IMG/VR virus record: IMGVR_UViG_3300033148_002693
Location: 1-64,000 of that record
Direction: 5' to 3' (one strand)
Length of the DNA: 64,000 nucleotides
From: a virus
Part shown: positions 27,327-37,755 of the stretch, in pieces
How positions within the stretch are numbered: the stretch's first letter is position 1
Layout: every line of letters starts with the position of its first letter
Position numbers and translations under genes: made by a program
The notes under the pieces: generated by a model
Database searches by the model: none
What the model was told of the DNA's origin: nothing
Seen by the model: only the letters and a program-made list of their open reading frames with translations

Positions 27327-28039
27327 AGTTATGTATCTGTGGGTATGAAAGGTCTGGAACGACTATTATAGGCTTGATGATGGCTAAGGCTACTGGAATG
27401 AGCCTGCTGAATGATCCGCCGGAGTCATATCGAACTAATCTTGACATACTGCACAAGAACGGCTTGAACAAGAAATTTGCAAAGCAGGTGAGAACGCATG
27501 AAATCGTGAAAGTTCCTGGCTTCGCCGCGGTGCTGCCGCAGTTGAAATCTCAGTTCGGGGAGTTTCAGACGTTGTATATCATGAGGGACCCCAGGGATGC
27601 GATCTGTTCTGCGATTGAGAGGACAGAAAAAGGGCCGAAGGTGGCCCACATTAACCTGTTCTGGACACCTCCGCTGAGCGGGGTCCCTGACGAAGATATG
27701 GTGTTGGGGATGGCGGGGCGGTGGCGAGAATATGCGATGCTTGCGAAGTCTTACGAGAAACAAAACAATGGCAAGGTGTATTGGTTGAAGTATGAGTTCT
27801 GGTGGCAAGACAAAATTGGCGCGCTCAGGCTGGTTACTGATGCTTTGGGGCTTCCGTTCAGCAAAGAGGGGCTGAGGCAAATGTGTGATGTTCAGGTCAA
27901 CAAGAATCTGAACAGGGGCATTCCCAGGAATATCGCAGGGCCAGGAAGATGGAAAAGAGATTTGAGCGAGAGGGATGCCCGCAGGGTTGAGGCGATTTGT
28001 AATGTCGGTGGGTTGATGGAGGAATTTGGATATCTATGA
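27323..28039 (+). CDS. Sulfotransferase-family protein
   Basis: ICGYERSGTT 5'-phosphosulfate loop, IMRDPRD 3'-phosphate motif, KYE, GRWK..L. Confidence 0.8.
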   Translation: MKLCICGYERSGTTIIGLMMAKATGMSLLNDPPESYRTNLDILHKNGLNKKFAKQVRTHEIVKVPGFAAVLPQLKSQFGEFQTLYIMRDPRDAICSAIERTEKGPKVAHINLFWTPPLSGVPDEDMVLGMAGRWREYAMLAKSYEKQNNGKVYWLKYEFWWQDKIGALRLVTDALGLPFSKEGLRQMCDVQVNKNLNRGIPRNIAGPGRWKRDLSERDARRVEAICNVGGLMEEFGYL

Positions 28040-28542
28040 TACAGGCGGAGTTGGATTTCATCAAGGCAATAGCGGCCAAACATTATACTGGCGGGATTGC
28101 TTTAGATGTAGGTTCAAGCGGGTTGATGTTTCGCAACCGTCCAAAGTTTCCGTACAGTTTGGCCGAATTGTTCGATGAGTATGTCACGTTCGACCGCAAG
28201 GCGGAAGCGGGCGTCGAGATCGTTGGGGATGCAGAGTTGCTATCCTTGCTGGTAGGGCCGAGAACCATATCGTTTGTCATCTGCACAAGTTTGCTCGAAC
28301 ACGTCAAGCGGCCATGGATGGTTGCGTATGAATGTGCAAGGGTATTGAAACCTGGCGGGATAGGGATATTCTCTGCACCCTGGAAGTATATGGATCATCC
28401 AGACCCCATTGATTGTTGGAGGATAAGCCCAGATGGGATGCGGGGATTGGTAGAAGGCTGGTTCGATGAGTTGGTGTGCAAGAAGGTTGCGGGCGAAAAT
28501 ATAACGGTGACGCTATACGCCGGAAGGAGAAATAAGAAATGA
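28036..28542 (+). CDS. Class I methyltransferase (Methyltransf_11-like)
   Basis: LDVGS, GDA, LLEHV..PW....E..RVLKPGG, H..P.D.WR. Confidence 0.8.
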   Translation: MIQAELDFIKAIAAKHYTGGIALDVGSSGLMFRNRPKFPYSLAELFDEYVTFDRKAEAGVEIVGDAELLSLLVGPRTISFVICTSLLEHVKRPWMVAYECARVLKPGGIGIFSAPWKYMDHPDPIDCWRISPDGMRGLVEGWFDELVCKKVAGENITVTLYAGRRNKK

Positions 28543-29321
28543 AGTTCAAAGAGTTCGTGGCTGCGGATTGGGATGCCAGATGCAGACGCTTGAGGGGATA
28601 TGGGCCAGTGATGAACACGGCTTATCCTCAGATGGAGATGGTAGCAGAGACGCACAGGCAGAAGGAATACATCGTCACGCTCCCGCTCCCGCTAAACAGG
28701 TTCGAGATGGAGTATGATGTTGAGGGCATACCAATTGGGCCAAAGCAGTTGTCTGAATCTGACGCTACGCTTCTGGATGTGGGCTGTGGGGTTGGAAGGC
28801 TGTTGCACATCTTGAATGATTTTGTTGTGAGGGCGGATGGGCTTGATTGGAGCCGTGTTATGCTCGAAGCTGCGAACAAGAATTTCCCAGAAATGATCCT
28901 GGTGAACGGCGACGCGAGGGACCCTGGCATATTCAGCAGGGGGCAGTATGATATTGCGTTCCAGTGGAACGTGCTCAGCCATATTACAGATCCAGGGGAT
29001 TGGGAACGCGCCGTCAAGAACATGAAGCAATGGGCCAAGCGGTACGTGGTTCACGCGGACTACCTGGACATTGGGCCCGAGTCTCCCTCCACGAGGCTTT
29101 ACGGCACCAAGGAGTTGAAAAGTCTCATGCGTGGGTGGAAGATTCTCTGGGAGGACACGTACACGCTGAAGATTGGTAATGCCGATTTCCAGACGATGGA
29201 GGTTCTTGTGTTCGCTTCGACGGTTGAGATCAAGCGACTGAAAGAGCAGGAGGCCCCAGAGGAAGTCGAGGTCAATGCTTTGCCTGCTGAGGTAATGCAC
29301 GAGGAGGCTTTGGTTGGCTGA
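28539..29321 (+). CDS. Class I SAM-dependent methyltransferase (paralog of 26679..27326)
   Basis: LLDVGCGVGR, GLDWS..ML, FQW.V..HIT. Confidence 0.85.
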   Translation: MKFKEFVAADWDARCRRLRGYGPVMNTAYPQMEMVAETHRQKEYIVTLPLPLNRFEMEYDVEGIPIGPKQLSESDATLLDVGCGVGRLLHILNDFVVRADGLDWSRVMLEAANKNFPEMILVNGDARDPGIFSRGQYDIAFQWNVLSHITDPGDWERAVKNMKQWAKRYVVHADYLDIGPESPSTRLYGTKELKSLMRGWKILWEDTYTLKIGNADFQTMEVLVFASTVEIKRLKEQEAPEEVEVNALPAEVMHEEALVG

Positions 29322-30237
29322 TATCCGCAAGCTACATGGCAGGATGGTGTCCGGCAATGCGCTTGGGCCTAGAAAAAAACGAATCATTGAAACGATTGAT
29401 GCGATTCCGGCACCAGTCAATGAAGTCAATGATGCGAATCAGGAATCTCGCGTGTTGATAGCCATGCCTACTATGGACAGGCTGGATGTGTTGAAAAGAA
29501 CCCTTCCGGCTTTGTTGGAGAATACCGACAGGAACAGGTGCGATATATACGTGATCACGCAGGGATCGTCCATTGACGTTTGCTGGTACGTGTTCGGGAC
29601 ATTGGCAAGCGAGAAGAACTGTCACTATATCGCCAATGAAGAAAACGTTGGGTATGCTCAAGCATTGTCACAGGCGTTTGCATTTAGAAGGCCAGGGCAG
29701 CACACGATCCATATGGACGATGATGTGATGCTCTTGGAACCAGTGGTAGATACCCTGGTGGGGTTCCTGGAATATACCAAAGATTCAAGCAACCCGATAG
29801 GACTGGTTAATCTGTATGGGTTCAATACGAATTGGAAGGGCATCGAGCGAGAGACGCCATATGGATTGTTTGGAGATACGGGGTATGTGTACACAACGTT
29901 CGCTTGCATGGCTTCGTGGGTAGCTGAGGTGTTTGGCGCTCCGTACCAGCCAGGCTTGTACGGTGAAGAGGACTTAATTACGAGCAAGCGGATACAGAGA
30001 TTGGGATACGCCGTTGGGTATTGGCTGTCGGAAGAACCGAAGTATGAAAACCTTGACCTGAACAAGAAGGATTGTTATTTGTACGGATTCAAGCAAAAAG
30101 AGCGCAAGCAATCATGGCGTAGTGAGGCCGATAGGGTAGGGGGCGGTCACATGCTGGATACTTGGAATGAAGGCGGCCCTGGCGGCCCGCTCTACCATGA
30201 ATTGCCCGAGAAAGACGAAATACCGCTACTGTTTTAG
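29314..30237 (+). CDS. Glycosyltransferase, GT2/GT-A
   Basis: VLIAMPT.DR, N.GYA, HMDDD (DxD), YGEED. Confidence 0.8.
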   Translation: MADIRKLHGRMVSGNALGPRKKRIIETIDAIPAPVNEVNDANQESRVLIAMPTMDRLDVLKRTLPALLENTDRNRCDIYVITQGSSIDVCWYVFGTLASEKNCHYIANEENVGYAQALSQAFAFRRPGQHTIHMDDDVMLLEPVVDTLVGFLEYTKDSSNPIGLVNLYGFNTNWKGIERETPYGLFGDTGYVYTTFACMASWVAEVFGAPYQPGLYGEEDLITSKRIQRLGYAVGYWLSEEPKYENLDLNKKDCYLYGFKQKERKQSWRSEADRVGGGHMLDTWNEGGPGGPLYHELPEKDEIPLLF

Positions 30238-30245
30238 GGGGTAGG

Positions 30246-30683
30246 ATGTTTGTTTACTTGGCTGGCCCGATTACAGGTGAATCTTATGAGAACGTTGTGA
30301 ATTGGCGTGAGTATGCTATCGACCAGTTGAGGTTGAGTGGCATTACGGGGTTAAGTCCGATGCGTGGCAAGGCGTATCTCAGTGATGAGCGTGAGATTGC
30401 CAACGACTACAGTGATGCAATGTCAACGACTAAAGGTATTACCACACGTGATAGGTTCGACTGTATGAGGGCTGATGTAGTTCTGTTCAACTTCATCGGG
30501 GTGGAGCGCATTTCGATTGGCAGTTGCATTGAGATTGGGTGGGCTGATGCCGCATGCAAACCGATAGTGGTCGTGATGGATGAGGATAATTGTCATTGGC
30601 ATGGAATGATTAGGGAGTGCGCTGGATTTGTCGTACCGACATTGGATGAAGCCATAGAAGTTATATGCAATATCTTGATGTAA
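30246..30683 (+). CDS. Nucleoside 2-deoxyribosyltransferase-like protein
   Basis: VYLAGPI.G, RD..D...AD, SIG..IEIGWA. Confidence 0.8.
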   Translation: MFVYLAGPITGESYENVVNWREYAIDQLRLSGITGLSPMRGKAYLSDEREIANDYSDAMSTTKGITTRDRFDCMRADVVLFNFIGVERISIGSCIEIGWADAACKPIVVVMDEDNCHWHGMIRECAGFVVPTLDEAIEVICNILM

Positions 30684-30810
30684 CTTTGCCGAAACAGATA
30701 CCGCCAAAGGGTGAAGAAGAAGGTATGTTGTATATGAGGGGTGTGTATCGTTTAGATCGTAAGTAATTAAGACTTGCGAAACGAAAGACGGATTGCTCAA
30801 TAAATGTTAA

Positions 30811-32529
30811 GTGAATGGGGTTATTATGTATGAGATAATCAATGCCGACGTTTTGGATTGGGCGGCTAAATACGACGGGCCGAAGTTTCACGCGATGCTG
30901 TGTGATCCTCCATATCATCTGACAGATGTTCACACTGGCGGAAAGGCAATACCTGGCAAGTTTGGACAACACACAGACGAGCAGAAGCGGGAGTGTAGCG
31001 AGGCCAGTGCCAACGGCGGCTTTATGGGCAAGAAGTGGGACGGCGGCGACATATCGTTCCAGCCTGAGACCTGGGCAGCACTGGCAGAGCATCTACACGA
31101 CGGCGCGTTCGGCATGGTGTTCGCCGGAAGCCGGACTTGGCATAGAGTAGCTTGCGCCATTGAGGATGCGGGATTGCTGATACATCCGAGCGTGTTCTGC
31201 TGGCTGAATGGTCAGGGCTTCCCAAAGGCGACGCGGATTGACACGCAGATTGACAAGGCGGCTGGGGCGGAGCGTGAGGTAGTGGGGAAATGGAAACCCA
31301 CAGGAACGGCGCGACCTAACAAGGGAAGCAAGGGGCACTCTGCCAAAAAGACAACGGCGGCTGATTCGACATACAATCCAGATGATTCGGCAATCATTGA
31401 CCTCACCGCCCCCGCTACCCCCCTCGCTGCCGCCTGGGAGGGTCACCGTTACGGTCTCCAGGCACTTAAGCCGGCGGTCGAGCCTATCATCGTATTCCAG
31501 AAACCGTATGAGGACAAGCCCGTCGAGTGCATCGTGAGGACTGGGGCTGGTGCGTTGAACATTGACGGCGGAAGGATAAGGACGAAAGACAAGCTGCAAA
31601 CGTTTAATGGCTCCTTTTCTTTTTCCGGTTGTGGTGGTGCCAATGAACGAGGCAAGACAATAATATTTCGTGATGCTGGCAAGGGCCGCTGGCCTGCAAA
31701 CTTTGCGCTTGTACACAACCCGGGATGTCGGCACGTTGGTATGCAGAGGGTGAAGGGCGAGAAGCATAGTGGAAAGCCTGGCACTGGTAAAAAGTCAATG
31801 TTCGGAATGGAAATGACTGGTGAAACGGACTGTTACGCCGACGGCCTCGAAACAGTGGACGCCTGGGAATGTGTTGAGGATTGTCCAGTTCGCAGGCTTG
31901 GAGAGCAGGGCGGGGAACGGCCTACTGGGGGGGGCAGAGTGCGTAAGGCAACAAATGAGACGGCCGAGCATCCATGCGGTTGGAAAAGTGGACCGCGTAC
32001 GGAAGCTAACTGGGTAGCATCCACCGGTACCGCTGCCCGTTTCTACTATCAGGCCGACTGGCAGTATGAGATAGCAGAGCACATCGACGACGCGGACCCC
32101 GTGTTCTATTGCGCGAAGGCCAGCCGGAAGGAACGCGACGCGGGGTGCGACGAATTGCCATTGCAAAAAAGAGCGACACAGGGTCGTGATGTAGTCAGAA
32201 CCATTGATAGAAAAGATGGTAAGGGAACAGTACCAGTTAATGCTCAAATACGGCCTGCTAGGAATAATCATCCAACTATAAAACCATTGAAACTCCTCCG
32301 CTGGCTTGCCACACTGCTCCTGCCGCCGGACATTTACGCGCCGCGACGAATCGTAGTTCCATTTTGCGGCGTAAGCTCTGAGATTATTGGCGCTGGCCTC
32401 GCGGGATGGGATGAGATAACCGGCATCGAGCAAGAGGAAGAATACGTTAACATTGGGCGGGCGCGTGCCGCGTATTGGCTAGAACGTGACATACAACTAG
32501 AGTTGAAACTGGAGACAGAGGGAGCATAA
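30811..32529 (+). CDS. Large phage DNA amino-methyltransferase with insertions
   Basis: CDPPY, FMGK.WD, GQGFPK, LKPA.EPI, GRWPAN, NNHPTIKP, VVPFCG. Confidence 0.85.
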   Translation: MNGVIMYEIINADVLDWAAKYDGPKFHAMLCDPPYHLTDVHTGGKAIPGKFGQHTDEQKRECSEASANGGFMGKKWDGGDISFQPETWAALAEHLHDGAFGMVFAGSRTWHRVACAIEDAGLLIHPSVFCWLNGQGFPKATRIDTQIDKAAGAEREVVGKWKPTGTARPNKGSKGHSAKKTTAADSTYNPDDSAIIDLTAPATPLAAAWEGHRYGLQALKPAVEPIIVFQKPYEDKPVECIVRTGAGALNIDGGRIRTKDKLQTFNGSFSFSGCGGANERGKTIIFRDAGKGRWPANFALVHNPGCRHVGMQRVKGEKHSGKPGTGKKSMFGMEMTGETDCYADGLETVDAWECVEDCPVRRLGEQGGERPTGGGRVRKATNETAEHPCGWKSGPRTEANWVASTGTAARFYYQADWQYEIAEHIDDADPVFYCAKASRKERDAGCDELPLQKRATQGRDVVRTIDRKDGKGTVPVNAQIRPARNNHPTIKPLKLLRWLATLLLPPDIYAPRRIVVPFCGVSSEIIGAGLAGWDEITGIEQEEEYVNIGRARAAYWLERDIQLELKLETEGA

Positions 32530-32530
32530 A

Positions 32531-32785
32531 ATGGACTTGATAATTGAGCAACAGAATCACTACAACACAGATGTATGGACACATGTTGGCATGGATGAAC
32601 TGAGACGCGAGCATTGCATGTGTCGGCATTGTACCAAGATGAAACCGGAATCGGAAGATCACTGTTTGATTGCCGCGTCGCTGTATGAGATATGCGTAGA
32701 TACCAACATTGCGCTGTTAGTTACGCGATGTCCTGAATTTGAGAACGCCGGCAAACAGATATGGCCGGAAGAGGGAGTTTTGTAG
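32531..32785 (+). CDS. Small Cys-rich hypothetical protein
   Basis: GGAG RBS; CMC..C...C...C...C. Confidence 0.5.
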   Translation: MDLIIEQQNHYNTDVWTHVGMDELRREHCMCRHCTKMKPESEDHCLIAASLYEICVDTNIALLVTRCPEFENAGKQIWPEEGVL

Positions 32786-32795
32786 GAGAAATATT

Positions 32796-35369
32796 GTGAG
32801 GGTTTGCCTGTTGCCAAATTTCAAACCAGACCACGTCGGCGGCGTAACCAGCGTTGTGAGGGGGTTGCGTGGTGCGCTGCCTAAAGTTGGTTGGGAAGTG
32901 ACGAACAATCCAGATGGGGCTGATATTGTTCATGGACACGCCTTGTTGAGTGCAAACGATGCTTGGCGCGTTGATGTTTTTACTTCGCATGGCGTGTATC
33001 CTGAGAATGAGAAAGTCAATGATAGGATATTCAACGCTATGAGGGCTGCACAGGTTGTGACCAGCGTTGCCGAATGGCCTACCAAAAGTTATTGGCCTGG
33101 CCTGGGTGTAGAGGAACCTGTCATCATTCGCAATGGCGTGGATATAGAAAAGCTAAAGAAGGTGAAAAAAGGAAGATTCAGGAAAGAGCATGGCATTAAA
33201 GGCCCATTGGCCTTGTGGGGTAAGACCTCTCAGATGGGGGTTTTGCGGGAAGGGTTGAATAGAGCAACGTTACTCCCCTGGGCTTGCAGGGATGTAATGT
33301 TTGCGTTCACCATCTGGCCGAATGATATGCCAAAACCGAGCAATGTAATAGTGACGGGGGTTATGTCTCAGCAAGATATGTTAGAGGCGTTGAGAGATTG
33401 TGATGTCTATCTTTCTACTACCGTCGAGAATTTCCCCGTCATGGTTCTGGAAGCGATGGGATTAGAGAAACCAGTTTTGGGGGTGAACCTAGGGGGCAAT
33501 CTTGAAGTCGGGTACAAGGGGTACACGTATGAAGATGGAAGTCTAGATGATATGGTGCATGGGTTTCGTCATTGTTTGGAATACAGGAAAGAGTTTGGGG
33601 TTGACAATCGACAAATCATCGAAGAGCGATACACCTGGGAGCAGATCGCATCCAAATACGCTGATGTGTACGAGAGAGTTTTAGCATCGAAGCGTAGAAA
33701 AATGCCATTGGTATCAATTGTGATAACTTGCTATAACTTGAAACCGTACATCCGACAGACCGTGTTATCGGCATTGGGGCAGGATTTCAACGACTACGAG
33801 GTTATCGTTGTCGATGATTGCAGTACAGATGGTTCAATGGAAGAAATTGCAGACCTACCCGTCAGGGTGATCCGCAACAAGAAAAACATGGGGGTAGTGA
33901 AGTCCCGCAATAAGGGGATCAGGATGGCAAGGGGCAGGTGGTGCGTGAGCTTGGATGGCGATGACCAGCTTCTACCAGGGTTCTTGAGAGAAACCATCGC
34001 TATCGGTGAGAGAGACTATCGCATCGGTGTGGTTTGCCCTACATGGGAAGCCGTCAGGGATGGAGAACGCGTGGCAGGGCCTTTTGTCCCGAAGGGTTAC
34101 GTGAGCCTTGATTTGCTGAAAGAGCGTAATGTCGTTCAGTGCTTTTCACTATTTCGCAGGAAAGCGTGGCTGAGGGCTGGCGGACAAAAAGAGATTCACC
34201 CATCTTGGGAAGACTACGATATGTGGCTTACGATAAGAGAAATGGGATGGATGGTAGCCCCACATCAAGGCGACGTGATAGCGCGATACACTGTCAAGGG
34301 CGATGGGCGCAACCAGGAGTCGCAAGGGCAAGAGTCGAGGTTAAGGGCGGTTGTGAATGCATACCACCCGAAGCTGTACAGCCCAACGGTCAGTGTGGTG
34401 ATCCCGACATATACGCATCCAGAGATGGTTCCCGATGCCGTGCGTTCAATATTGGCACAGACATTCCAGGATTTTGAGATCATTGTAGTCTCGGATGGCA
34501 TCAAGGCCAGAAAGCGGTTTGAGAAAAAGCTGCTGAGGGAATTCCCAGATGAGCCTAGATTGAAGATCATGGGGCATATCAAGAACCAGGGATTGTCTGC
34601 AACACGCAATACTGGAATAAGTGTAGCACGAGGTAAGTACATCGTATGTCTTGACGATGACGATGCGTATGGGAAAACGTTCTTGGAGAAGGCGGTTACC
34701 ATCGAAGAATTGAACGGCGGCGACGTAGTGGTGTACACTGATTTTAAGCCGTGGTTTGGCGGGAATAAATTCGAGAAGGATGTTGCCTTGCCGGACTATG
34801 ACTTCGATCAGTTGGTAGTGAGGCATCACATTACGCCGGCAGCGATGTTCCCCAAACGAAGGTGGGAAGAGGTTGGCGGGTACGCAGAACATTTCATCTA
34901 CGGCATGGAGGATTGGGACTTCTGGCTGCGATTGGGTGCGGTCGGTTGCTGCGGGGTTCGGATAGCAGAACCGCTGTTTTACTACAGACAACACGACAAG
35001 TCAATGAGGACGGTAATGCTGGGTCAGTACAAATTCGAGGCGAAGGCCCAGCTTGTGGCAAACAATGAAGAGATTTTCAGGGGAGGAAGACCTATGGGAT
35101 GTTGTGGTAAAAGTAAGAGCGTGAGACGCGAGATAACTTCGGAGGAAAGAGCTATACTCGCCGCTCAAGGGATGGGGATAGAGAATCCAGAAGAATTGGT
35201 AAAGACTGACAATGGACTGGTGAGAATGAGATATACCGGCAACCGCAACGCTTCGGTTCAGTTCAAGGGGTACAAGGTATCTTCAAGGCGACCGTTCTTC
35301 ATGGCGAAAGTTAGCGATGTACCAGACCTACTCGAAGCTGGGCACTTCGAGTTGATACGTGATGAATGA
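32796..35369 (+). CDS. Triple glycosyltransferase fusion (GT4 + GT2 + GT2) with C-terminal MGCCG domain
   Basis: ENFP...LEAM (GT4); VSIVITCYN...VDDCSTD...LDGDD; VSVVIPTY...CLDDDD...EDWDFWLR; GTG start 32796 after AGGAG. Confidence 0.88.
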   Translation: MRVCLLPNFKPDHVGGVTSVVRGLRGALPKVGWEVTNNPDGADIVHGHALLSANDAWRVDVFTSHGVYPENEKVNDRIFNAMRAAQVVTSVAEWPTKSYWPGLGVEEPVIIRNGVDIEKLKKVKKGRFRKEHGIKGPLALWGKTSQMGVLREGLNRATLLPWACRDVMFAFTIWPNDMPKPSNVIVTGVMSQQDMLEALRDCDVYLSTTVENFPVMVLEAMGLEKPVLGVNLGGNLEVGYKGYTYEDGSLDDMVHGFRHCLEYRKEFGVDNRQIIEERYTWEQIASKYADVYERVLASKRRKMPLVSIVITCYNLKPYIRQTVLSALGQDFNDYEVIVVDDCSTDGSMEEIADLPVRVIRNKKNMGVVKSRNKGIRMARGRWCVSLDGDDQLLPGFLRETIAIGERDYRIGVVCPTWEAVRDGERVAGPFVPKGYVSLDLLKERNVVQCFSLFRRKAWLRAGGQKEIHPSWEDYDMWLTIREMGWMVAPHQGDVIARYTVKGDGRNQESQGQESRLRAVVNAYHPKLYSPTVSVVIPTYTHPEMVPDAVRSILAQTFQDFEIIVVSDGIKARKRFEKKLLREFPDEPRLKIMGHIKNQGLSATRNTGISVARGKYIVCLDDDDAYGKTFLEKAVTIEELNGGDVVVYTDFKPWFGGNKFEKDVALPDYDFDQLVVRHHITPAAMFPKRRWEEVGGYAEHFIYGMEDWDFWLRLGAVGCCGVRIAEPLFYYRQHDKSMRTVMLGQYKFEAKAQLVANNEEIFRGGRPMGCCGKSKSVRREITSEERAILAAQGMGIENPEELVKTDNGLVRMRYTGNRNASVQFKGYKVSSRRPFFMAKVSDVPDLLEAGHFELIRDE

Positions 35370-35670
35370 GTGTTTGAAGTTCGTCGTAGCGGTGCTGTTC
35401 ACGTTCCGCTTGACGCACCTGCTGGTTTTTGATTATGGCCCTGGACACGTGTTTGAGAGATTGCGTGAGATTGTTGGCGTCATAGAATACGAAAACGGAA
35501 TGACCGAATACAGGACTTGGGTTGCTGAGCTTTTTGGTTGTCACTGGTGCATGTCTGTATGGATAGCCTTGATACCGGCGATCTGGTTTGCAGGATTGAC
35601 AATTCAAATGATATTCTCATGGCTTGCTATAGCGGGGGCTGCTTCTTTGCTGGAGGAATTACATGGGTAG
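35359..35670 (+). CDS. DUF1360-like membrane protein with CxxC
   Basis: FRLT.L...D.GP..VF..LR...LFGCHWCMSVW; hydrophobic helices. Confidence 0.75.
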   Translation: MMNECLKFVVAVLFTFRLTHLLVFDYGPGHVFERLREIVGVIEYENGMTEYRTWVAELFGCHWCMSVWIALIPAIWFAGLTIQMIFSWLAIAGAASLLEELHG

Positions 35671-36901
35671 GAAATGGAAAGACCTAACCGATGCTGAAAA
35701 AGATTGGGCGGTTGAACAGCGATTGATTGGCATGATTTACGATGAGATATTCGGTAAACTTGGGGTAACAGAGGGACATGTAACAGCAGCGAGGAAACTC
35801 AGGGCAAGAGTAAGTGAACACAAAGGGAGTGTGGGAAAGGATGAAGAGGCTGAAGCACTATCAGATTTAGAAAAAGATGTACTTGTCAAATTAAGAGCAA
35901 GCCCGTGTAAGTTGGAGGAATTGAGCAACATACTTGATAGGGGACAAGATACAATTCGCGACTGTATCGAAGAATTAAAACAGAAGGGGTTTGCGATTTA
36001 TGAAGCGGCAGAACGGGTTTCTGTTCCAGCTACTCCGCCAATCGTTACAAGGGAAGTTCCGCCATTGTGGGATAAAAGCGCGAGAAGAATCAAGTGGGCG
36101 TCTGGGAGTGATTTACATTACGGAAGTAAGTATGTTCAAAAGACAGCTATCAAACATTTCGTCAAAAGGGCTTATGAGGGGTTTGGGATCAAACATATCC
36201 TTTGGTCAGGTGATATAGTTGCTGGTCAGCACATGTACAGAGGGCAAGAATACGACTTGTACGCTCATGGCGTCGATGAGCAGGTAGATGATGTAGCAAA
36301 TAGTTTACCAATGTATGATGGGCTAACCCATTATGTGATGGGTGGTAATCATGATGCCAGCTTCTTCCGTAAGTCTGGTGTAGATATATTGATAAAGCTG
36401 GCGAGCATAAGAAAAGACATTATTCATTGTGGTTGGGCGTCTGTAGATGTTCCACTAACCGAAAACGTTTATGTTAAGATGTGGCATCCGAGAGGGTCGC
36501 CGGCATATGCCGTTTCATATCGAGGGCAGAAGTACGCTGAGCAGATCGCCTTCGATGAGTTATTGAAACTGGTATTCAGGGATGGGGATTTACAATCGGC
36601 AGTTAGGATGTTACAGGTCGGGCACTTTCATGTGGTTGGCGGCCCGTTCACACAGGGGCCAATTGAGGTGTTCAATGCTGGTGGATTCGAGGGACAGAAT
36701 TCCTATCTCAAAGAGTTGGGAAGGATACCTACCGTCGGGGGGTATATATTCGAGGCGGAGATAACCGAAGATGGGGTTATGAGAGAGCTTGTAACAAGAA
36801 GATATTTGGCAGGAGCGATTGAAGATGATTGGAGACCAGGGCCAAACGAGAAGAAGGTGGACGAGGTGAAAATCGTTCCGTTGTTCAAGTTGGTAGAATA
36901 G
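35663..36901 (+). CDS. HTH + calcineurin-like metallophosphoesterase
   Basis: SDLHYG, SGD, GNHD, WHP, GHFH motifs; N-terminal helical/HTH region. Confidence 0.85.
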   Translation: MGRKWKDLTDAEKDWAVEQRLIGMIYDEIFGKLGVTEGHVTAARKLRARVSEHKGSVGKDEEAEALSDLEKDVLVKLRASPCKLEELSNILDRGQDTIRDCIEELKQKGFAIYEAAERVSVPATPPIVTREVPPLWDKSARRIKWASGSDLHYGSKYVQKTAIKHFVKRAYEGFGIKHILWSGDIVAGQHMYRGQEYDLYAHGVDEQVDDVANSLPMYDGLTHYVMGGNHDASFFRKSGVDILIKLASIRKDIIHCGWASVDVPLTENVYVKMWHPRGSPAYAVSYRGQKYAEQIAFDELLKLVFRDGDLQSAVRMLQVGHFHVVGGPFTQGPIEVFNAGGFEGQNSYLKELGRIPTVGGYIFEAEITEDGVMRELVTRRYLAGAIEDDWRPGPNEKKVDEVKIVPLFKLVE

Positions 36902-36910
36902 GAGAGAGCG

Positions 36911-37588
36911 ATGTACGATATGGACCCACAGAATCAGAATCGTAATAAATGGCTGGACGTGTTGACATACGTCATATCTGCACTGTTGATCGTTGGCGCA
37001 ATTGCGTTATTGTTGATCACTAACACGGGTTGTGTACAACCATGTGAGACGCCTGTACCTACGCCAACGGCTACGCCGATTCCAGGTATAGATGTTCGGA
37101 CAGACCCGCGCATCCATGACTTTCTTGGGGATGGGCCACTCAATGTCAAATTATATCCTTGCGATGATTGCCGCTACAAGGTGATTGAAATCTTCATTAC
37201 GGTTGATGGGATATTCGACGGCGCGCCCGATTGGGCTTGGGACTACGTTGGTATAGATGGAGCAGGCGGAGCAACGCATACGTTTGCTGTCGTGAAGAAG
37301 TTTGATGGATTGCCGCTTAACAACAAAACGGTTGTTTTGTCGTGGCCGGGAACTGAGGTTGGTGGCAAAACGAAAAGTGATGGTTCTGTGAACTGGTTCA
37401 CGAACTGCATATACTTTCCAGATCAGGGCCAGACAGGGCCGTACTGTGTTCAGCCATTGAACGGAGAAAAGGTTTGTGGGGGTGGGTTGCCCTACAATGT
37501 TCACGTCAGCCTTTGGGTGGTCTACGAGTCTCAGTGGCCTGACACGGCATTTGATGTCATATTGGGGGCTTTTGGAATTGTGGATTAA
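36911..37588 (+). CDS. Membrane-anchored protein with Pro/Thr linker
   Basis: Single TM, PVPTPTATP, beta-rich domain ending GGGLPYNVHVS. Confidence 0.6.
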   Translation: MYDMDPQNQNRNKWLDVLTYVISALLIVGAIALLLITNTGCVQPCETPVPTPTATPIPGIDVRTDPRIHDFLGDGPLNVKLYPCDDCRYKVIEIFITVDGIFDGAPDWAWDYVGIDGAGGATHTFAVVKKFDGLPLNNKTVVLSWPGTEVGGKTKSDGSVNWFTNCIYFPDQGQTGPYCVQPLNGEKVCGGGLPYNVHVSLWVVYESQWPDTAFDVILGAFGIVD

Positions 37589-37600
37589 GGGGGGATAATC

Positions 37601-37744
37601 ATGAGCGTAGTGACGACTTGTCCGAAATGTCATGGTAAATCATTCAAGCCGGCAAAAGGCGGTCTAAAACCATGTCCAAAGTGTTGTGGAACTGGATATG
37701 TAGATTCAAAGGGTAAAGCTGCCTACGCCTACGGTTATAGGTAA
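37601..37744 (+). CDS. Small DnaJ-type zinc-finger protein (47 aa)
   Basis: Manual translation MSVVTTCPKCHG...CPKCCGTG. Confidence 0.6.
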   Translation: MSVVTTCPKCHGKSFKPAKGGLKPCPKCCGTGYVDSKGKAAYAYGYR

Positions 37745-37755
37745 GGGAGAGCGAT

